From positions 84,878,001 to 84,942,000 of the forward strand of contig NC_067404.1 of the NCBI RefSeq assembly GCF_016432865.1: a DNA stretch of 64,000 nucleotides. Direction: 5' to 3'. Origin of the DNA: Antechinus flavipes (taxonomy: Eukaryota). The notes beneath the pieces are model-generated. The model did not search any database. It was not told the origin of the DNA and saw only the letters and a list, made by a program, of their open reading frames with translations. A program made the position numbers and the translations under genes. Positions 61,848 to 64,000 of this stretch are shown one piece after another; positions within the stretch are counted from its first letter, which is position 1, and each line of letters starts with the position of its first letter.

Positions 61848-62845
61848 CTCTCTAGCTCTTGTTTGTTCATAAATTGTTCTCCTATCCATAAGCCTGATAG
61901 GTAATAATGTCCCATGTTTTACTTTTCCTGTTCCAGCTCCCTTTATACGTAGGTCATGTACTCATTTTGACTTTATTTTGGTAAATGTTGTAAGATATTG
62001 GTCTATGTCCAATTTTTGCCCGATTGCATTCCAGCTTTCCCTACAATTTTTTTTTTATCAAATAATGAATTCTTATCCCCAAAGCTTAAATCTTTATATT
62101 TGTCAGATAAGATTACGCTGATGATTTGCTATTGTGTATCGTATGTCTACTCTATTCTACTGATCCATCCTAATATTTCTTAGCCAATACCAGATAGTTT
62201 TGATAGTTAATGCTTTAGAACCTAGTTCTTCAGATCCCATATTATTAAACCTCCTTCCTTTCTATTTTTTCATTAGGTCCTTTGATATTCTGTTATGGGT
62301 TTTGTTTGTGATCCTCTCCCCCTCCCTGCCTCTGTGTTTCTCTTTACATTGATGCATCTCTCTCTTTTGGGGGTCTGTGTATCTCTCCATTTTTATATGT
62401 GCTTTTCCTCCATACGTCTTTGTCCCTCTTATTTCTCAGTTGGTCTCTGTTTTCCTGTCTTTCTCTGGGCCAGCCTCTGTGCCTGTGTATGTCTATGTAC
62501 GTGTGTGTGAGTGTGGGTCCCTCTCTGGCTCAGCCTCCTAACCTAGACCTTCCTAACATTTCCCCTGCCAGAAAAAAGCTGGAGATGGAAACTTCTGACC
62601 AACATAAAACCACAGGAGCTGATGGTGTCATAGAGGCAGCTGCTGAAGGAGCCTGTGCTATGGTTGTTGAGGGGGCCATGGGACAGGTAAAGATCCCAGG
62701 TTTGGGAACGTTTCTTTTCAGATTGTTCAGGAAATCTCTGAGGATGTTACTAGAAGTTTGTTCCAAGGGGGGCTGTTCTTCTGTTTTGGGATCTTTAGGG
62801 AATTATGAAGTCCTCAAAGACAGTGGAAAAGGAGGAGAATATTGA
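44130..62845 (+). CDS. SYCE1: SYCE1/SYCE1L-family synaptonemal complex central element protein
   Basis: Phase-compatible exons: ...-44362, 45862-45923, 49578-49634, 50090-50164, 51259-51306, 51442-51496, 56329-56418, 57147-57210, 57594-57660, 57897-58032, 58147-58236, probable terminal exon from 62572. Translation includes AEDLL..., EALREELDK, FEQQLEELMQKHKELMEFH, KEQLLEE, FLHSKEAAAT, LFEEENKKAMEFL, matching SYCE1. Start codon and stop are uncertain. AATAAA at 63026-63031. Confidence 0.85.
44560..45390. repeat. GC/CpG-rich degenerate minisatellite in SYCE1 intron 1
   Basis: Core ggtggccac(a/g)tgg at 44725, 44802, 44926, 45078 and 45242, with shared flanking modules (gtgtgcctg(a/g)gagca, gagcaggccccga). 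Confidence 0.85.
47050..48400 (-). mobile_element. RTE (BovB-like) LINE remnant, interrupted by a WSINE1 (47235-47355) and an AT-rich tract
   Basis: ggaattctcaaaagtcttctctagcatcacaattcagaagcatc...cactcagctttccttatagttcaactctcaca...gacctttgctggcaaggtgatatctctgctttt resembles antisense BovB/RTE ORF sequence as recalled. Confidence 0.7.
47815..48075. repeat. AT-rich low-complexity tract
   Basis: About 260 bp almost entirely A/T. Confidence 0.9.
48650..48890 (+). mobile_element. MAR1-type CORE-SINE
   Basis: CORE ctgtgaccctgggcaagtcactt...gcctcagtttcc followed by RTE-derived tail gaagaaggaaatggctaacc...gccaagaaaacccc. Confidence 0.7.
51650..52268 (-). mobile_element. Older L1 fragment (continues at 54317-54370)
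   Basis: Antisense L1 3' region split by the younger L1 insertion. Confidence 0.65.
52269..54316 (-). mobile_element. Young 5'-truncated L1 (~2.05 kb) with 16-bp target-site duplication
   Basis: ORFs 54015..54239, 53081..53947 (288 aa) and 52691..53029 are L1 ORF2 C-terminal segments; TSD agtttaatagcttttt at 52253-52268 and 54317-54332. Confidence 0.93.
55130..55900. mobile_element. Cluster of L1 3'-UTR fragments in both orientations
   Basis: Plus-strand copy at ~55130-55270; minus-strand copies at ~55300-55670 and ~55680-55900. Confidence 0.7.
58910..60090. repeat. Unclassified long dispersed repeat, copy B
   Basis: Diverged, same-orientation homologue of 30870-32350. Confidence 0.7.
60380..61380 (-). 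mobile_element. L2 LINE remnants
   Basis: L2 3' end motifs (cattcattaagggcttactatgtgccagg...; ...ggtccaggtgtcagtgatgaaggcctg). Confidence 0.55.
61428..61499 (+). repeat. (CT)n microsatellite
   Basis: About 35 CT units. Confidence 0.95.
61802..61843 (+). repeat. (CA)n microsatellite
   Basis: About 21 units. Confidence 0.95.
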
Positions 62846-63069
62846 CTTCAGCTCAGAAAAAATGTCCTGATGAGCAAGCCTAAGTCTTGTCCTAGAACCT
62901 CACAGGAAGCTCACTCAGTTGCCCAAGGAAGGAGCTTCAGCCTGTTCTGAACCAAACCAAGAGAGACGGTGATGGGCCCTTTAGTCCCATCTCAACCATA
63001 GGGGACCCGATGTTATGATCTTCTGAATAAAAAAAGTTTGTTATCTTCTCTTGCTCTGGCTAGAGTTCT

Positions 63070-63900
63070 TTTTTTTAATTAAAGCTATTTATTTTCAAAA
63101 TATATGCACAGAAAATTTTCAACATTCACCCTTGTGTTAAACATGTTCAATTATTCTGCATGTATTTACACATTTGTCCTGCTGCACAAGAAAAATCAGA
63201 TCAAAAAGGGAAAAAATGAAAAAACAAAAAGCTAGCAGACAACAAAAAAAGGTGAAAATACCATATGATCCCCATTCAGTCCCCACAGTTCTCTCTCTGG
63301 GTGCAGATGGCTCTCTCCATCTCATTTTTATTGGAATTGCCCTGAATCTGCTCATTGTTGAGAAACCAATTCCATCAGAATTGATCCTCGTACAATCTAG
63401 CTGTTGCCGTGTACAATGATCTCCTGGTTCTGCTCACTTCATTCAGCATCAGTTCATGTGAGTCTCTCCAGGCCTTTCTGAAATCATCCTGCTGATCATT
63501 TCTTACAGAACAATAATACTCCGTTATATTCATAGCATGACTTATTCAGTCATTCTCCAACTCATTTTTCAGTTCCTTACCGCTACACAAAGGGCTGCCG
63601 CAAATATTTTTGCACACATGGTTCCTTTTCCTTTTTTAATGATCTCTTTGGGATATAGACCCAGGAGACATCCTGCTGGGTCAAAGGGGGTGCAGTTTGA
63701 TAGCCCTTTGGGTATGGTTTCAAATTGCTCTCCAGAATGGTTGGAGCAATAGTGATTTAGAGCATTTTTTGTGATGAGAAATGATTTTAATTCATCTGGA
63801 AATTGTTCAGACCATTTGTCAATTGGAGAATGACTTGTGTTCTTAAAAATTTGAGTCAATTCTTTATATATTTGAGAAATAAGGCCTTTGGCTGCAAACT
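63070..63900 (-). mobile_element. L1 3' fragment
   Basis: ORF 63569..63925(-) resembles degenerate L1 ORF2 C-terminus (GLISQIYKELTQI...PFDPAGCLLGLYPKEI); 3' UTR lies to the left. Confidence 0.85.
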
Positions 63901-64000
63901 GTTTACTTGCAAATCCCCTGTTCACACTCTCAGCGCCAACAGATTACCTCTTTGTGCCTACAAGCTTAAGGTTTCATTTTTTCCTTCTACATCCATATTC

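Noticed and set aside
62687-62721. Possible final SYCE1 intron giving a ...FREL* ending
   Set aside because: Only 35 nt, too short for a normal intron; the C-terminus is left unresolved

Overview
Mammalian genomic DNA, most likely from a dasyurid-type marsupial; this is inferred from the repeat complement (WSINE1/MAR1 SINEs, marsupial L1 3' ends, an RTE/BovB remnant). Most six-frame ORFs are spurious because the genes are spliced. Left to right: repeat-rich DNA with a perfect 383-bp inverted duplication (4651-5033 / 5724-6106); a CpG island with no recognisable gene (~9.9-12.2 kb); two identical convergent tRNA-Glu(TTC) genes; a CCDC115 copy with four disabling lesions, head-to-head with an intact 9-exon IMP4; only the 3' (non-catalytic PEST/CTH tail) exons of PTPN18 on the minus strand, with no PTP-domain exons recognisable in the window; a degraded class I ERV; an intact MON1B; and a SYCE1-family gene that has the full SYCE1 exon set but sits at the MON1B-adjacent position of eutherian SYCE1L. 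The best candidate for something undescribed is a phosphatase-less PTPN18 tail gene, possibly driven by the divergent side of the MON1B promoter, at a junction between two blocks that are unlinked in human. All identifications come from manual translation and recalled homologues; no searches were run.
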